Positions 37,270 through 46,855 of a stretch of DNA of 64,000 nt are shown in pieces; position 1 is the stretch's first letter, and every line of letters starts with the position of its first letter. Origin of the DNA: an uncultured bacterium. GTDB taxonomy: Bacteria; SAR324; NAC60-12. The notes below the pieces were generated by a model. That model searched no databases and was not told where the DNA came from. It saw only the letters and a list, made by a program, of their open reading frames with translations. The position numbers and the translations under genes were made by a program. Location of the stretch: contig CBFIJD010000004.1 in NCBI GenBank assembly GCA_965662845.1, positions 20,986-84,985 on the forward strand, given 5' to 3'.

Positions 37270-38601
37270 ATGCTCACGGACGAAGAACGTAATCAACTTC
37301 GGGAACTACCTGAGGTTAAAGAACCCCTGCGCATCTTTGAGTTGTTACGCTTAGATATTGAGAAGCTGCGCGTGCAGTTACGAGCGCACGAGAAGGCGAC
37401 GCCGACTTCAAAAATGTTGCGACAAGTGGGCCGCCGCTCTTCGGCCAATATTGATCCCAATCGGCACAAAATCTTAGAGATCTCTGGCGCGCGCTTGGCG
37501 GCGAATTGTTCTGTGCAAAATGCCAAGCGGCTCTCCGACTCGCTTGCTGGCGATCCCACCAATTCCAGAGCGCGTGTGGAGCTGGTGGACGAGTTCCTGC
37601 GCAAAGGCACTGATGAGACCCTCCTCTCGCACCGAGATGCGTTTATACTGATCATGCTAGAGGTTGAGGCAAAGCAGGTTAACACCGAGAAGCTGCAAGT
37701 CGCGATGCGGGCGCAGAAAGCCTATTTTGGCAAGCTGGAAGAATTTCTGGACGAGGAATTTCAGATCCAATCTCACAGCGAAGAGTCGGGGGCTGCCGCA
37801 AATCTTGCCCAACTGACGCGCAACCTGCGGTTCATCAAGGAAATGAGCAAAACGCTCCCTTACCAAACGTTCAGCTCCAAAGAGGGCGTAGAGATGAACC
37901 CCGATTCTTTGATGAAGATGGGGCGAGGAGAAATTGAAAAGGTGTTATCTCCGATCTTGGATGGCATGTCCGCGCTGCCTCTTGCCAAAACGAATCGCGA
38001 CCTGCTGCTCGAAGTTTTAGAAAAGACGGCGAAAATTTCTCCCTTAGCCGGCTATCACAAAAGCCGCATTTTTCGACGCAATGCCCAGATCAAACTCATC
38101 GCAGCCATGTCCGGTGACAAAGATATGGCTCGCCCCGCCATGGAAGACCTGTCAAACGCCCTCAAATCGATCTCCCAGGCGCTCCCCATGATGAAAAAGG
38201 CCACCCGCAAAGATCTTGGGTCCTGCATCAAAGAATATGCTTTGATCTGCTTGATGGTCTATCAATACGTCCCTCGGCTTGGGGGAACGATCAATGCCGA
38301 CCATGTCAAACGCATGGAGCACGCATCGAAGTTATTGAACAGAATCATTGAAGAGCGAGGGATTTTAGGGCTGCAACGCCGGCTGGATTCGGGCATCAAC
38401 TACATGCGCACCGAGAAGAAGGCGCCGGTCGACAGAGGCCGGAAAACAAAAGCAGAGCGCGAGGAAGAAAAAGATCAGCCAACGCTATTCCGTGGCGGCG
38501 TCCCCAAAGACAAGATGATCAACTCAGATGAAGAGGTCGATCTCAGCAAAGAGTCGACGATTTTCCGAGGAGAGCTGCCAGAAGATGGGGAGTTGGGTTA
38601 A
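37270..38601 (+). CDS. Hypothetical all-helical protein (443 aa)
   Basis: Long ORF with codon usage like its neighbours; no motif recognised. Confidence 0.75.
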   Translation: MLTDEERNQLRELPEVKEPLRIFELLRLDIEKLRVQLRAHEKATPTSKMLRQVGRRSSANIDPNRHKILEISGARLAANCSVQNAKRLSDSLAGDPTNSRARVELVDEFLRKGTDETLLSHRDAFILIMLEVEAKQVNTEKLQVAMRAQKAYFGKLEEFLDEEFQIQSHSEESGAAANLAQLTRNLRFIKEMSKTLPYQTFSSKEGVEMNPDSLMKMGRGEIEKVLSPILDGMSALPLAKTNRDLLLEVLEKTAKISPLAGYHKSRIFRRNAQIKLIAAMSGDKDMARPAMEDLSNALKSISQALPMMKKATRKDLGSCIKEYALICLMVYQYVPRLGGTINADHVKRMEHASKLLNRIIEERGILGLQRRLDSGINYMRTEKKAPVDRGRKTKAEREEEKDQPTLFRGGVPKDKMINSDEEVDLSKESTIFRGELPEDGELG

Positions 38602-38681
38602 GGGGCTGAGTTGTTCAGAGGCAGGCGGAGGGCGACGGAGCCAAGAGAATGGCTCCTTGTCTCAACTGTGCGACAGCGGGT

Positions 38682-39062
38682 TCATGGGAAAATTTTTGCC
38701 ATCTTCTCGCTGAGGGTCTTCGCGTCGAAGGGCTTCACGACATAATTGTTCACGCCTGCTTTAGCGGCCGCGACAATATTTTCTTGAAGAGCTTCGGCGG
38801 TCACCATCAGCACAGGCAAATGCTTCAGGTCGGGATCCGCGCGGATGGTCTTCAGTAACTCTAGCCCTGTCATCTTCGGCATGTTCCAGTCTGTAATTAC
38901 AAAGTCCACTTGTTCTGACTTCAACTTCTCAAGGGCGGTGGTTCCGTCGTCCGCTTCAATAGTGTTGGTGAATCCCAACTGACGCAGGATGTTCTTTACG
39001 ATGCGGCGCATGGTCGAGAAATCGTCGACGACCAAAATGGACATATTCGGATCTGCGGGCAT
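38682..39062 (-). CDS. cheY: Chemotaxis response regulator CheY
   Basis: [41 protein letters not shown]. Confidence 0.93.
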   Translation of the reverse strand: MPADPNMSILVVDDFSTMRRIVKNILRQLGFTNTIEADDGTTALEKLKSEQVDFVITDWNMPKMTGLELLKTIRADPDLKHLPVLMVTAEALQENIVAAAKAGVNNYVVKPFDAKTLSEKMAKIFP

Positions 39063-39190
39063 AGCGGGATTCCTCTTTCTAGTGGGGTTATGAGTTGGTC
39101 AGAGTTGCCAAATAATGGGCGATAGGGTTAGCGAAAGGCTTCCTGCTTTGCAAGCCGAATTTCCCGCCGCTGAAAGCGTGAATTGCACTC

Positions 39191-39502
39191 TTAGCGTAGC
39201 ATTGGAGACGATGTTCCTGTTCGTATGCCGCCCTCAAAAATCCGCTGTTTAGGGCGCTCCAGCGATTCCTGATGCATTCTGTATCTTGGCACTTCTGGGT
39301 CTTCTGGGTTTTGCGCTGCTCGATTCAGGGCCGCATAGTCCAGATTGGGCATCGCAGGCGGTGGAAGCTGGCTCGCTTGCAGGGCTAAGCTACGAGCGAT
39401 TCGCCCCACATCCACAGATTGTCTCGCTTCGGGGGCTTGTTGCGCAAAGCTCGTTGCTGGCAATAAAACAACACAAACGCAGAACCATAGATTGCGCCAC
39501 AT
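39191..39502 (-). CDS. Hypothetical secreted protein
   Basis: Signal peptide ending SFA-QQ. Confidence 0.55.
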   Translation of the reverse strand: MWRNLWFCVCVVLLPATSFAQQAPEARQSVDVGRIARSLALQASQLPPPAMPNLDYAALNRAAQNPEDPEVPRYRMHQESLERPKQRIFEGGIRTGTSSPMLR

Positions 39503-39547
39503 ACTTGTACCTCTAATTCAGGTGGTAAATGTCGCATCCGTGCGTTT

Positions 39548-39787
39548 TCAATACTCCATGTCACGTTTCATCCTTACTCGCGGGTTAGGCGGAGTCCGCG
39601 GGGGCAGCTGCCGATCACACAGAGCGTGGTCATTATAGTTGACCACCCTTCGCAGAGGAGGCCCGTCGGCCTCATAAATGCAGCTGTCACCTTGCCCCTG
39701 CCATTGCAGAGAGCTACATGCCCCCACCAGCACACACCCTGCGAGGACGGCTGTCAACCACGTTGACCTTCGCCGTTGTATTTTCAT
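39548..39787 (-). CDS. Hypothetical small lipoprotein
   Basis: MKIQRRRSTWLTAVLAGCVLVGAC lipoprotein signal; two further Cys. Confidence 0.55.
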   Translation of the reverse strand: MKIQRRRSTWLTAVLAGCVLVGACSSLQWQGQGDSCIYEADGPPLRRVVNYNDHALCDRQLPPRTPPNPRVRMKRDMEY

Positions 39788-39812
39788 TTCAGCACCATTT
39801 TGGAAACTAGTC

Positions 39813-40469
39813 TTGTCTGTCAATCTTCACATTACTCTCAAGGCGGCCTGCACACTTGACGGCAAGCTCGCGACCCGAACCGGACACTCCCGTTGGATCA
39901 CAGGGCCCATCGCCCGTTCGATGGTACATCGTTTGCGTGATGAACATGACGCGATTTTGGTCGGGATCAACACCATCTTGAAAGATGACCCAGAACTCAC
40001 TACCCGTGGGATCCCCAATGGCCGATCCCCAACCCGCGTCATTCTTGACAGCCGAGGAAGACTCCCTGCACAAGCAAAATGCTTGCGAGAGGACGCTGTC
40101 CCTGTCTTTTGGTTTGTCGGGAACGAGGCAGCCCTGGAATTTCAGCCCCCTACCACCGTCGAGCGCATCGTAGCTCCCAGCCCCATACCTGAAATCCCTT
40201 GGATCTTGGCACAGCTGGAGCAACGGGGAGTCCAATCTTTGCTGGTCGAGGGAGGTAGCAACGTTCATGCTAGTTTCTTGAGACACGCGCAAATCGATCG
40301 TCTCCTACTGTTCATTGCGCCCAAAATCTTAGGCAGCGAAGGCATCTCTTGGTGCGGTCCCCTCGGTCTAGACAACCTAGAGGAAGCCTCTCGCTGGCGC
40401 ATCCGCGCCTCTCGTAACCTCGGTGAAGATATATTGATCGAAGCCGACTTTCTAGGACATCCCTCATGA
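39813..40469 (+). CDS. ribD: Stand-alone RibD C-terminal reductase
   Basis: LKAACTLDGKLA, SRWITG, DAILVG.NT...DDP.LT, LLVEGG, LFIAPKILG; no deaminase HAE/CxxC; TTG start inferred. Confidence 0.85.
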   Translation: MSVNLHITLKAACTLDGKLATRTGHSRWITGPIARSMVHRLRDEHDAILVGINTILKDDPELTTRGIPNGRSPTRVILDSRGRLPAQAKCLREDAVPVFWFVGNEAALEFQPPTTVERIVAPSPIPEIPWILAQLEQRGVQSLLVEGGSNVHASFLRHAQIDRLLLFIAPKILGSEGISWCGPLGLDNLEEASRWRIRASRNLGEDILIEADFLGHPS

Positions 40470-41704
40470 GTGATTCCGCACTCCGATTTGATCCCATTGA
40501 AGATGCTATCGCGGACATCAAAGCCGGGAAAATGATCATTTTAGTGGACGATGATGATCGGGAAAATGAAGGCGACCTCGTGTGCGCCGCCGAAAAAGTT
40601 ACGCCCGAGATTGTGAACTTCATGGCGACCCACGCGCGCGGCTTGATCTGCCTCGCACTAGACTCCAAACGCACAGAGCAGCTGAACCTCCCGTTGATGG
40701 TCGCTCACAACGAAACTGAGCACGGCACCAACTTCACCGTGAGCATTGAGGCCGCCACAGGGGTGACGACAGGGATCTCGGCGGCAGACCGAGCCCACAC
40801 GATCCTGACGGCAATGCAGCCCAGCGCAAGCTCAAATGATCTCGTTCGACCCGGACATATTTTCCCTTTGAGGGCCAACGAAGGGGGGGTCTTGAAGCGC
40901 GCAGGACACACCGAAGGCGCCGTGGATCTGTCTCGACTTGCAGGTTGCCGACCTGGAGGCGTGATCTGCGAGATCATGAACCCTGACGGGACCATGGCCC
41001 GCTATCCTGAGCTGCGAGAGTTTGCCGACCTGCATGGAATGAGGCTGAGTACCATCGCAGACTTAATCGAATATCGCAAACAGCATGAGTCTTTCGTGTC
41101 CGTTCACGCAGAAGCCACCATGCCGACGGAGTTTGGCTCCTTCAACATTTTCGTGTTTCACAACGAACTCGACGCGAAAGACTACGTGGCCCTCGTGAAG
41201 GGCCAATGGCGCGTTGAGGAGCCGGTGTTAGTCAGAGTGCATTCCCAGTGCTTGACCGGCGATGTTTTTGGATCGCAACGCTGTGATTGTGGCCCTCAAT
41301 TACAAGCCGCAATGCGCCTAGTAGAAGCCGAAGGACGCGGCGTCATCTTATACCTTCCTCAAGAGGGTCGCGGGATTGGTTTGCTGAATAAAATCAAGGC
41401 TTACCGGCTGCAAGAAGAAGGCATGGACACGGTGGAAGCGAACCATCATCTGGGGTTCAAAGATGATTTGCGAGATTATGGAATCGGCGCCCAAATGTTG
41501 CATCAGCTGGGCGTGCGCAAAATGCGGCTGATGACTAACAACCCCCGCAAAATCGTGGGCATCGAAGGGCATGGTCTGGAGGTTGTGGAGCGGGTTTCCC
41601 TCGAGACAGAAAACCATGATCATAACACCGACTACCTCCGCACCAAGCAAGAAAAGCTCGGACATTTGCTGTCGTCCCCACCTTCTAGCACCAAAACACC
41701 ATGA
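40466..41704 (+). CDS. ribBA: Bifunctional DHBP synthase/GTP cyclohydrolase II
   Basis: [54 protein letters not shown]. Confidence 0.97.
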   Translation: MSDSALRFDPIEDAIADIKAGKMIILVDDDDRENEGDLVCAAEKVTPEIVNFMATHARGLICLALDSKRTEQLNLPLMVAHNETEHGTNFTVSIEAATGVTTGISAADRAHTILTAMQPSASSNDLVRPGHIFPLRANEGGVLKRAGHTEGAVDLSRLAGCRPGGVICEIMNPDGTMARYPELREFADLHGMRLSTIADLIEYRKQHESFVSVHAEATMPTEFGSFNIFVFHNELDAKDYVALVKGQWRVEEPVLVRVHSQCLTGDVFGSQRCDCGPQLQAAMRLVEAEGRGVILYLPQEGRGIGLLNKIKAYRLQEEGMDTVEANHHLGFKDDLRDYGIGAQMLHQLGVRKMRLMTNNPRKIVGIEGHGLEVVERVSLETENHDHNTDYLRTKQEKLGHLLSSPPSSTKTP

Positions 41705-42357
41705 AAACTCTGGGGCTCTGGGCGTGTGTTGTCGCCGGGGTTTCTCTCCTGCAGGGATGCTCCACTAGGGGAGAGTGGAAACTTTATCCGATGTACCAAA
41801 CTGTGCCAGAGACGCCGCTCGCGTGGCAACAAACCATCGCGACTAGCTTTCAGCGTGGCCGGCTGTATCTCAACTACGACACCAAGCTGACCGCAGATGC
41901 CCTGTTTCGCAGTGAAAGCTACCGTCAGCAGCTGGTCGATGAAATCGCCAGCGCTCGTCAACTTTCACCTGAAAACACAGCCGACTTCACGCTCCAACAG
42001 AAGCAGGCCTTCGCAAATCGCTTCGAGTTTCTGCTCTTTGTCTATGGCGGCGACAACGACAAAATCAGCATCGGAGAACGCGACTCACTGTGGCAAATTC
42101 GTATGCTTGACGACGATGGAGACCGGATTGCCCCCGTGGAAGTCCGCCGCATCAAACGCACGAACCCCGAGATTGAACTCCTCAAAAAACACCTGAGGGA
42201 CGTCGATCGTTGGGTGGAAGTCTATGAGGTGGTGTTCCCCAAACTCAACAAACCCGCCGTCGGTGTCCCCATAGGAACCACCCTGCCCCAACTCATTATC
42301 AGCGGTGTTCAGGGGCGAGTGGAGCTGAGTTGGCCTGAACCAACCCTCTTTTATTGA
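41701..42357 (+). CDS. Hypothetical lipoprotein
   Basis: Lipobox LQGC; ATGA-type overlap with ribBA. Confidence 0.75.
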   Translation: MKTLGLWACVVAGVSLLQGCSTRGEWKLYPMYQTVPETPLAWQQTIATSFQRGRLYLNYDTKLTADALFRSESYRQQLVDEIASARQLSPENTADFTLQQKQAFANRFEFLLFVYGGDNDKISIGERDSLWQIRMLDDDGDRIAPVEVRRIKRTNPEIELLKKHLRDVDRWVEVYEVVFPKLNKPAVGVPIGTTLPQLIISGVQGRVELSWPEPTLFY

Positions 42358-43070
42358 TCCCCCCCCGGTTTCCCCCTGCCTCTCCCCCCTCGAACACAGT
42401 TTGTACCTTTTTGAAGATGGATTTCTCTTGACAGAAACCCAACTGCTTCTCCGTTTTTTGACAACTGAAATGGTGTCCTCAAACCCCCTCTGCGCCCATG
42501 CACTGAAGATTCAACGAAGGACTTTTTTCGGAATTTGCAAGTCTTAGATGAGATGAAATTTGGCTCAGAAAAAATCCAACTAGTTTCAGCACGTTAGAGC
42601 TAACACACTGATTTCAAAAAACAAAAAACAGGTTGCTTTCAAAAATCCATTCCCGTATTCTCCTTGCCCTATCGCATTTCAGATCTGAGCGTCGGAGAAT
42701 TGAGAGGCTCTGGCGCGCGTTCCTCTCTCTAATTTTTCTGCAGGATGCAGATCCACAAATGAGGCACAATGTCTCGATTCCATCGGACGGAAGCTCGAAT
42801 ACCAGCTTTATTACGAACTTTTTCGAATCTAGCAGGCTGACGTAGCCACTCTTCGCAAGCGAAAGGTGGTCAGGGCGCTCTATTGCCTAAATCCCCTGCG
42901 CTGACTTCCCGATTCTTAACGTTTAACCCAAAGTCCATTGACGGCATTTCCCGATGCGGACCCCTTCGCCCAGGAGGACGGAGACCGCAGTCCGTTTGCC
43001 CCGCACACTTTCATGGGGGAATGGCGGTGCACTCGGAAAATCCGAATTGGACGTGGATGTTGAGTGAAAG

Positions 43071-44621
43071 ATGGATCTTGACCCAAACCGTTGGCAACAA
43101 TGCAAGGCACAGTTGCGGGAACAGCACTTCCCTCAACCGTGTCCGCCATGGCTGGAGCCGCTTCAGCTGACAAAGATCTCTTCAACCAAAGTTATCTTTG
43201 TCGGCGTCCCCCACCAGATTTATGTCTGTGATATTCGAAACCACCACGAAGAGCTCTTGCGCTCCCTCTTGGAAGAACACTTCCCTGAGTTTGGCAGCTT
43301 CCGCATGCAGCAGTTCGAATATCAAGTTGGCCAAGGAGCTAATCCTGTCCGACCTGTGCAAGAAGAGTTCGGCTTCTTGTCGCCCGAGCCCGTGGAGGCC
43401 GCACCGGCTCTCGAGACGCTCCCAAAGCCACCCGCTGGCGCTCAGCCCTCCACCAAGCGACATACGCCGTCTAAAACGAGCAGCAAGACCTTGGACACCG
43501 TCGTAGTGGGCAACCACAACCAACTGGCTTTTCGGGCCGCAGAGATGATTGTGAGGGCCCCCGGAGAAGCGTATTCTCCTTTTCTGCTCTATGGAGCGGA
43601 AGGATCCGGCAAAACCTACCTGCTTGAGGCGATTGCTGAGGAGCTGCGTCTCTCCTACCCAGACCTCAACATCGTCTTTCTCTCTGCCGAAGCCTTCCTG
43701 AATGAATTCGTGCGCCACATCCGCACCAAGCAAATGCAGAAATTTCGCGAGCAATATCGACAAGTCGACGTCTTCATCATTGACGATGTGCAAGCGCTCT
43801 CTAGCTCTCCACAATGCCAAACCGAGCTGAAGCACACGCTCAGCACGCTCCGTCAAGAAAACAAACAAATCTTGCTCTCTTGCAACCGCTTGCCAAGCCA
43901 GATTCCAAGTCTCAACAAAACACTGACCTCCAAAATGGAGTCTGGGCTTTCCCTAGATATTCCAAGTCCAGACGAAGAAACCTGCAAACGACTCTTGGAG
44001 CGCAAAGCACGGCAAACAGGGATTCTGCTCTCTCAGAGCGTGTCCGCATATCTCGCGCGTCACCTGCCGCCCAACATCACCCAACTAGAAGCCGCCTTAA
44101 CTCGCCTAGGAGCCCACTCTTCTCTGATGGGAGAGGCGATCTCGCTGGAGTTGGTGCAACGTTTGTTAGGACAACGCGCCGCTGTCACAAAGCAGCAACC
44201 AGCGCTGCCAGAGGTGGGCTTCTGTGAGGATCAAGGGGAATTGGAGGATCAAATCATTGAGAAGGTCTGCCACGTCTTGCGGGTCTCTCAAGAAGAACTG
44301 CGCTCCGGTCGCCGAGACAGCCGCGTGGTCAAAGCGAGGCAATTTGTCACCTTCCTCCTCAAAGACCTCTGCGGTCTCTCTCTCTCTCAGATTGGATCTA
44401 AGCTGGGGCGGAGCCACTCCACCATCCACCACGCGCTACGCAGCGCTGAGAAAAACCAGCGCCAAGACGAACTCTTTGCTCGCCAACTCTCCTCCCTACA
44501 GCGCGAATTTCAGGCACAACTAGACCTCCCTCCGATCCGCACCCAAGCGCCACCACTCCCGTCCTCCTCTCAAGCAGACGCCGCATGGCAGCTTTCTATG
44601 CCACTAGGTGGTCAATCATAG
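43071..44621 (+). CDS. DnaA-family paralogue with degenerate catalytic residues
   Basis: All four DnaA domains: WLEPL, NQLAFRAA, YSPFLLYG..G.GKT, IIDDVQ, ARQ...L..L..IG..LGRSHST; no dnaN downstream. Confidence 0.88.
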   Translation: MDLDPNRWQQCKAQLREQHFPQPCPPWLEPLQLTKISSTKVIFVGVPHQIYVCDIRNHHEELLRSLLEEHFPEFGSFRMQQFEYQVGQGANPVRPVQEEFGFLSPEPVEAAPALETLPKPPAGAQPSTKRHTPSKTSSKTLDTVVVGNHNQLAFRAAEMIVRAPGEAYSPFLLYGAEGSGKTYLLEAIAEELRLSYPDLNIVFLSAEAFLNEFVRHIRTKQMQKFREQYRQVDVFIIDDVQALSSSPQCQTELKHTLSTLRQENKQILLSCNRLPSQIPSLNKTLTSKMESGLSLDIPSPDEETCKRLLERKARQTGILLSQSVSAYLARHLPPNITQLEAALTRLGAHSSLMGEAISLELVQRLLGQRAAVTKQQPALPEVGFCEDQGELEDQIIEKVCHVLRVSQEELRSGRRDSRVVKARQFVTFLLKDLCGLSLSQIGSKLGRSHSTIHHALRSAEKNQRQDELFARQLSSLQREFQAQLDLPPIRTQAPPLPSSSQADAAWQLSMPLGGQS

Positions 44622-44845
44622 AGACAGCACTGGCTCAACAAGGTTGGATCACCTCAGAGAGAAGACCGATCGACAGATCAAAGCCCAGCTGGGAAGACTC
44701 GCTTCAGACCGTAGGCGCGCTTGGAGCGGCACATCCCGCAGAAGTTTGGTGAGCGTTTGTTGCGCGAGGAGGGTTCGCTGGAGAAGAGAGAAGGGAGAGA
44801 AACCGAAGAGGGGGAGCAGGCAGGAAGGCCCTGCCTGTCAGAAAA

Positions 44846-45124
44846 TTACTTGCCAGCTTTTGGTACTGCGGCTTCCATAGTGGACATCATTTCGTCCAGC
44901 ATCACCTTCATTTGCTGCATGCTGGCGCGCAATACGTCATACACGTTGCTGACGGCCTGCACCTGCATTTCCTTCATGTCTTTTGCGTAGCTGCTCATTG
45001 GACCAATTTTTTCCATGGCATCGTATGGCATTGCGACCATGTTCTTCTGAACTTCTTCCATGGTTCCCATGCTCTTTTCCATCTGATCTTGCATCGTGTT
45101 GTACATATCTTTGAAAGACGTCAT
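44846..45124 (-). CDS. Phasin-like Met-rich helical protein
   Basis: 92 aa amphipathic helical ORF; aligns by eye with 58755-59078. Confidence 0.65.
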   Translation of the reverse strand: MTSFKDMYNTMQDQMEKSMGTMEEVQKNMVAMPYDAMEKIGPMSSYAKDMKEMQVQAVSNVYDVLRASMQQMKVMLDEMMSTMEAAVPKAGK

Positions 45125-45213
45125 TGCTCGACTCCGGATGTGGATTGATTGTGTGCGGTAGATTTTTGGCCTACCAATGAAGAGAGAGCCGCAAGGCTAT
45201 CAACTAAAATAAA

Positions 45214-45233
45214 AATTGCAAATGAAATTACAA
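45214..45233. promoter_or_regulatory. AATTGCAA-N4-AATTACAA direct repeat upstream of phasin-like gene A
   Basis: Same motif and 12-bp period at 59151-59170 upstream of the paralogue. Confidence 0.55.
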
Positions 45234-45271
45234 TTCGCACATATTTCATCTAAACCAACCCAGAGTTGTGA

Positions 45272-46843
45272 ATGAATCCTAGACGTTTTTTTCTTGGTCT
45301 CTGCTGCTTTCTGCTCCTCGCCGCGCTCCCCTGCTCGGTATTCGCTCAAAATACGCTGCGTTGGGTCGTCGCAGACCGGATTCAAACGCTTGATCCACAC
45401 GCTTTCGCCAACGAAAGTGAGCGCGCGGTTTTGAGCCAGCTCTATGAAACCCTTTTTACGCTTGACGCTGAGCACCAGCCCCAGCCAGAGCTCGTCGCAG
45501 CTTGGGAGCAGCTTTCTCCCAATCGCTGGGAGTTCGTCTTGCACCCAACCGTTCGCTTTCACAACGATCAGAAGTTACAGGCCAGCGACGTCGTGTTCAG
45601 CCTCAAACGCGCGATGCAAGAAGGTTCCACACAACAAGCGCACACTTACTCGCTGCGGGGCATTGAAGCGATCGACGAACTCCGGATTCGCGTCACGACC
45701 TCTCGCCCCAATCCCTTGCTTTTGCGACAACTCACGCACATTTTTATGGTCTCTGAGCCTTGGATGCGCTCCCAAAGAAGAGCCGACCTCTCTGCTGGAG
45801 CCAGCGGATCCGAAGCGTCGGCGCTGTTGCAAACCAACGGCACCGGCCCCTTTCGCTTGCTTAGTTTAGAACGAGACACCCTCGAACTTGGCCCCTCGGC
45901 AAACTGGTGGCAACCTGTGGAACACCAAGTCGGATCCGTTCAGATCCGCGTAGAGCCCGACGCGCTTCAACAAGTCGAGCTGCTAGAGGATGACGTCGTC
46001 GATTTGCTCACCAATGCCGCCCCTGAACATGTGCCTCGGTTGCAGGCCGACCCCAGCTTGCGGCTAGCCCAACAACCACAAGCGCGGACGTTGTTCTTGG
46101 GATTCAATGTCTTAAAGCGACGCTCCCCAGACGAAACGGCAGCCAACCCCCTCTCCAGCGCTCAGGTGCGACGAGCCCTCGCTCACGCGATTGACCGCGC
46201 CCAGCTCCAGAGAGAACACTGGCCAGCACAAGGGAACCTCGCGCAAAGCTTTCTGCCCGATGTAGTCCAGAACGCTCCGCCTCCGACCATCGAGCTGCCC
46301 GCTTTTGACCCTGACTTGGCCCGCAAACTGCTGCGTGAGATCGGATACGAGGAAGGCTTTCCTCTCAATCTCGATTGCCCCAACGATCGCTACTTCAAAA
46401 CCGAAGAGATTTGTCGCAGCATCATGGAAATGCTCATTCGGGTCGGCATCGACGTCTCCCTCAATTTGCGACCGTCCGCTCGTCACTTTGATTATCTGCA
46501 GCAAGGCCAATCTGACTTCTTTTTGCTCGGCTGGGGCGTCCCCACTGGCGACGCGCACCACCCGCTGTTCTACTTGTTTCGCTCCGGCGGAACGTGGAAC
46601 TTCACGGGGTACGCGCGGGGCCTTGTCGACTCTTTGCTGGAAGCGGCAAACACCGAGACACGTCTCCCGCTTCGCCACGAAATGATCGCCTTGGCTTGGA
46701 AAGTGACCGCAAGCGATTTGCTTTATCTGCCGCTGCTGCACCCTCTACACACTTGGGTAACGCGCAACAACTGGGAGATTCCAGTCGGCAACGACGGGGT
46801 TCCTCACTTGCGCCAGGCTCGTATTCTTCCCGAAGACTCCTAA
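45272..46843 (+). CDS. ABC transporter substrate-binding protein, family 5 (DppA-like), no adjacent permeases
   Basis: TLDPH, LYETL, W.F.L...V.FH......A.DV.FS, NGTGPF, VRRALAHAIDR. Confidence 0.9.
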   Translation: MNPRRFFLGLCCFLLLAALPCSVFAQNTLRWVVADRIQTLDPHAFANESERAVLSQLYETLFTLDAEHQPQPELVAAWEQLSPNRWEFVLHPTVRFHNDQKLQASDVVFSLKRAMQEGSTQQAHTYSLRGIEAIDELRIRVTTSRPNPLLLRQLTHIFMVSEPWMRSQRRADLSAGASGSEASALLQTNGTGPFRLLSLERDTLELGPSANWWQPVEHQVGSVQIRVEPDALQQVELLEDDVVDLLTNAAPEHVPRLQADPSLRLAQQPQARTLFLGFNVLKRRSPDETAANPLSSAQVRRALAHAIDRAQLQREHWPAQGNLAQSFLPDVVQNAPPPTIELPAFDPDLARKLLREIGYEEGFPLNLDCPNDRYFKTEEICRSIMEMLIRVGIDVSLNLRPSARHFDYLQQGQSDFFLLGWGVPTGDAHHPLFYLFRSGGTWNFTGYARGLVDSLLEAANTETRLPLRHEMIALAWKVTASDLLYLPLLHPLHTWVTRNNWEIPVGNDGVPHLRQARILPEDS

Positions 46844-46855
46844 CTCAAGCACACC

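Noticed and set aside
42358-44621. oriC next to dnaA
   Set aside because: No perfect DnaA boxes were found in the gap, dnaN is absent, and the protein is a degenerate paralogue.
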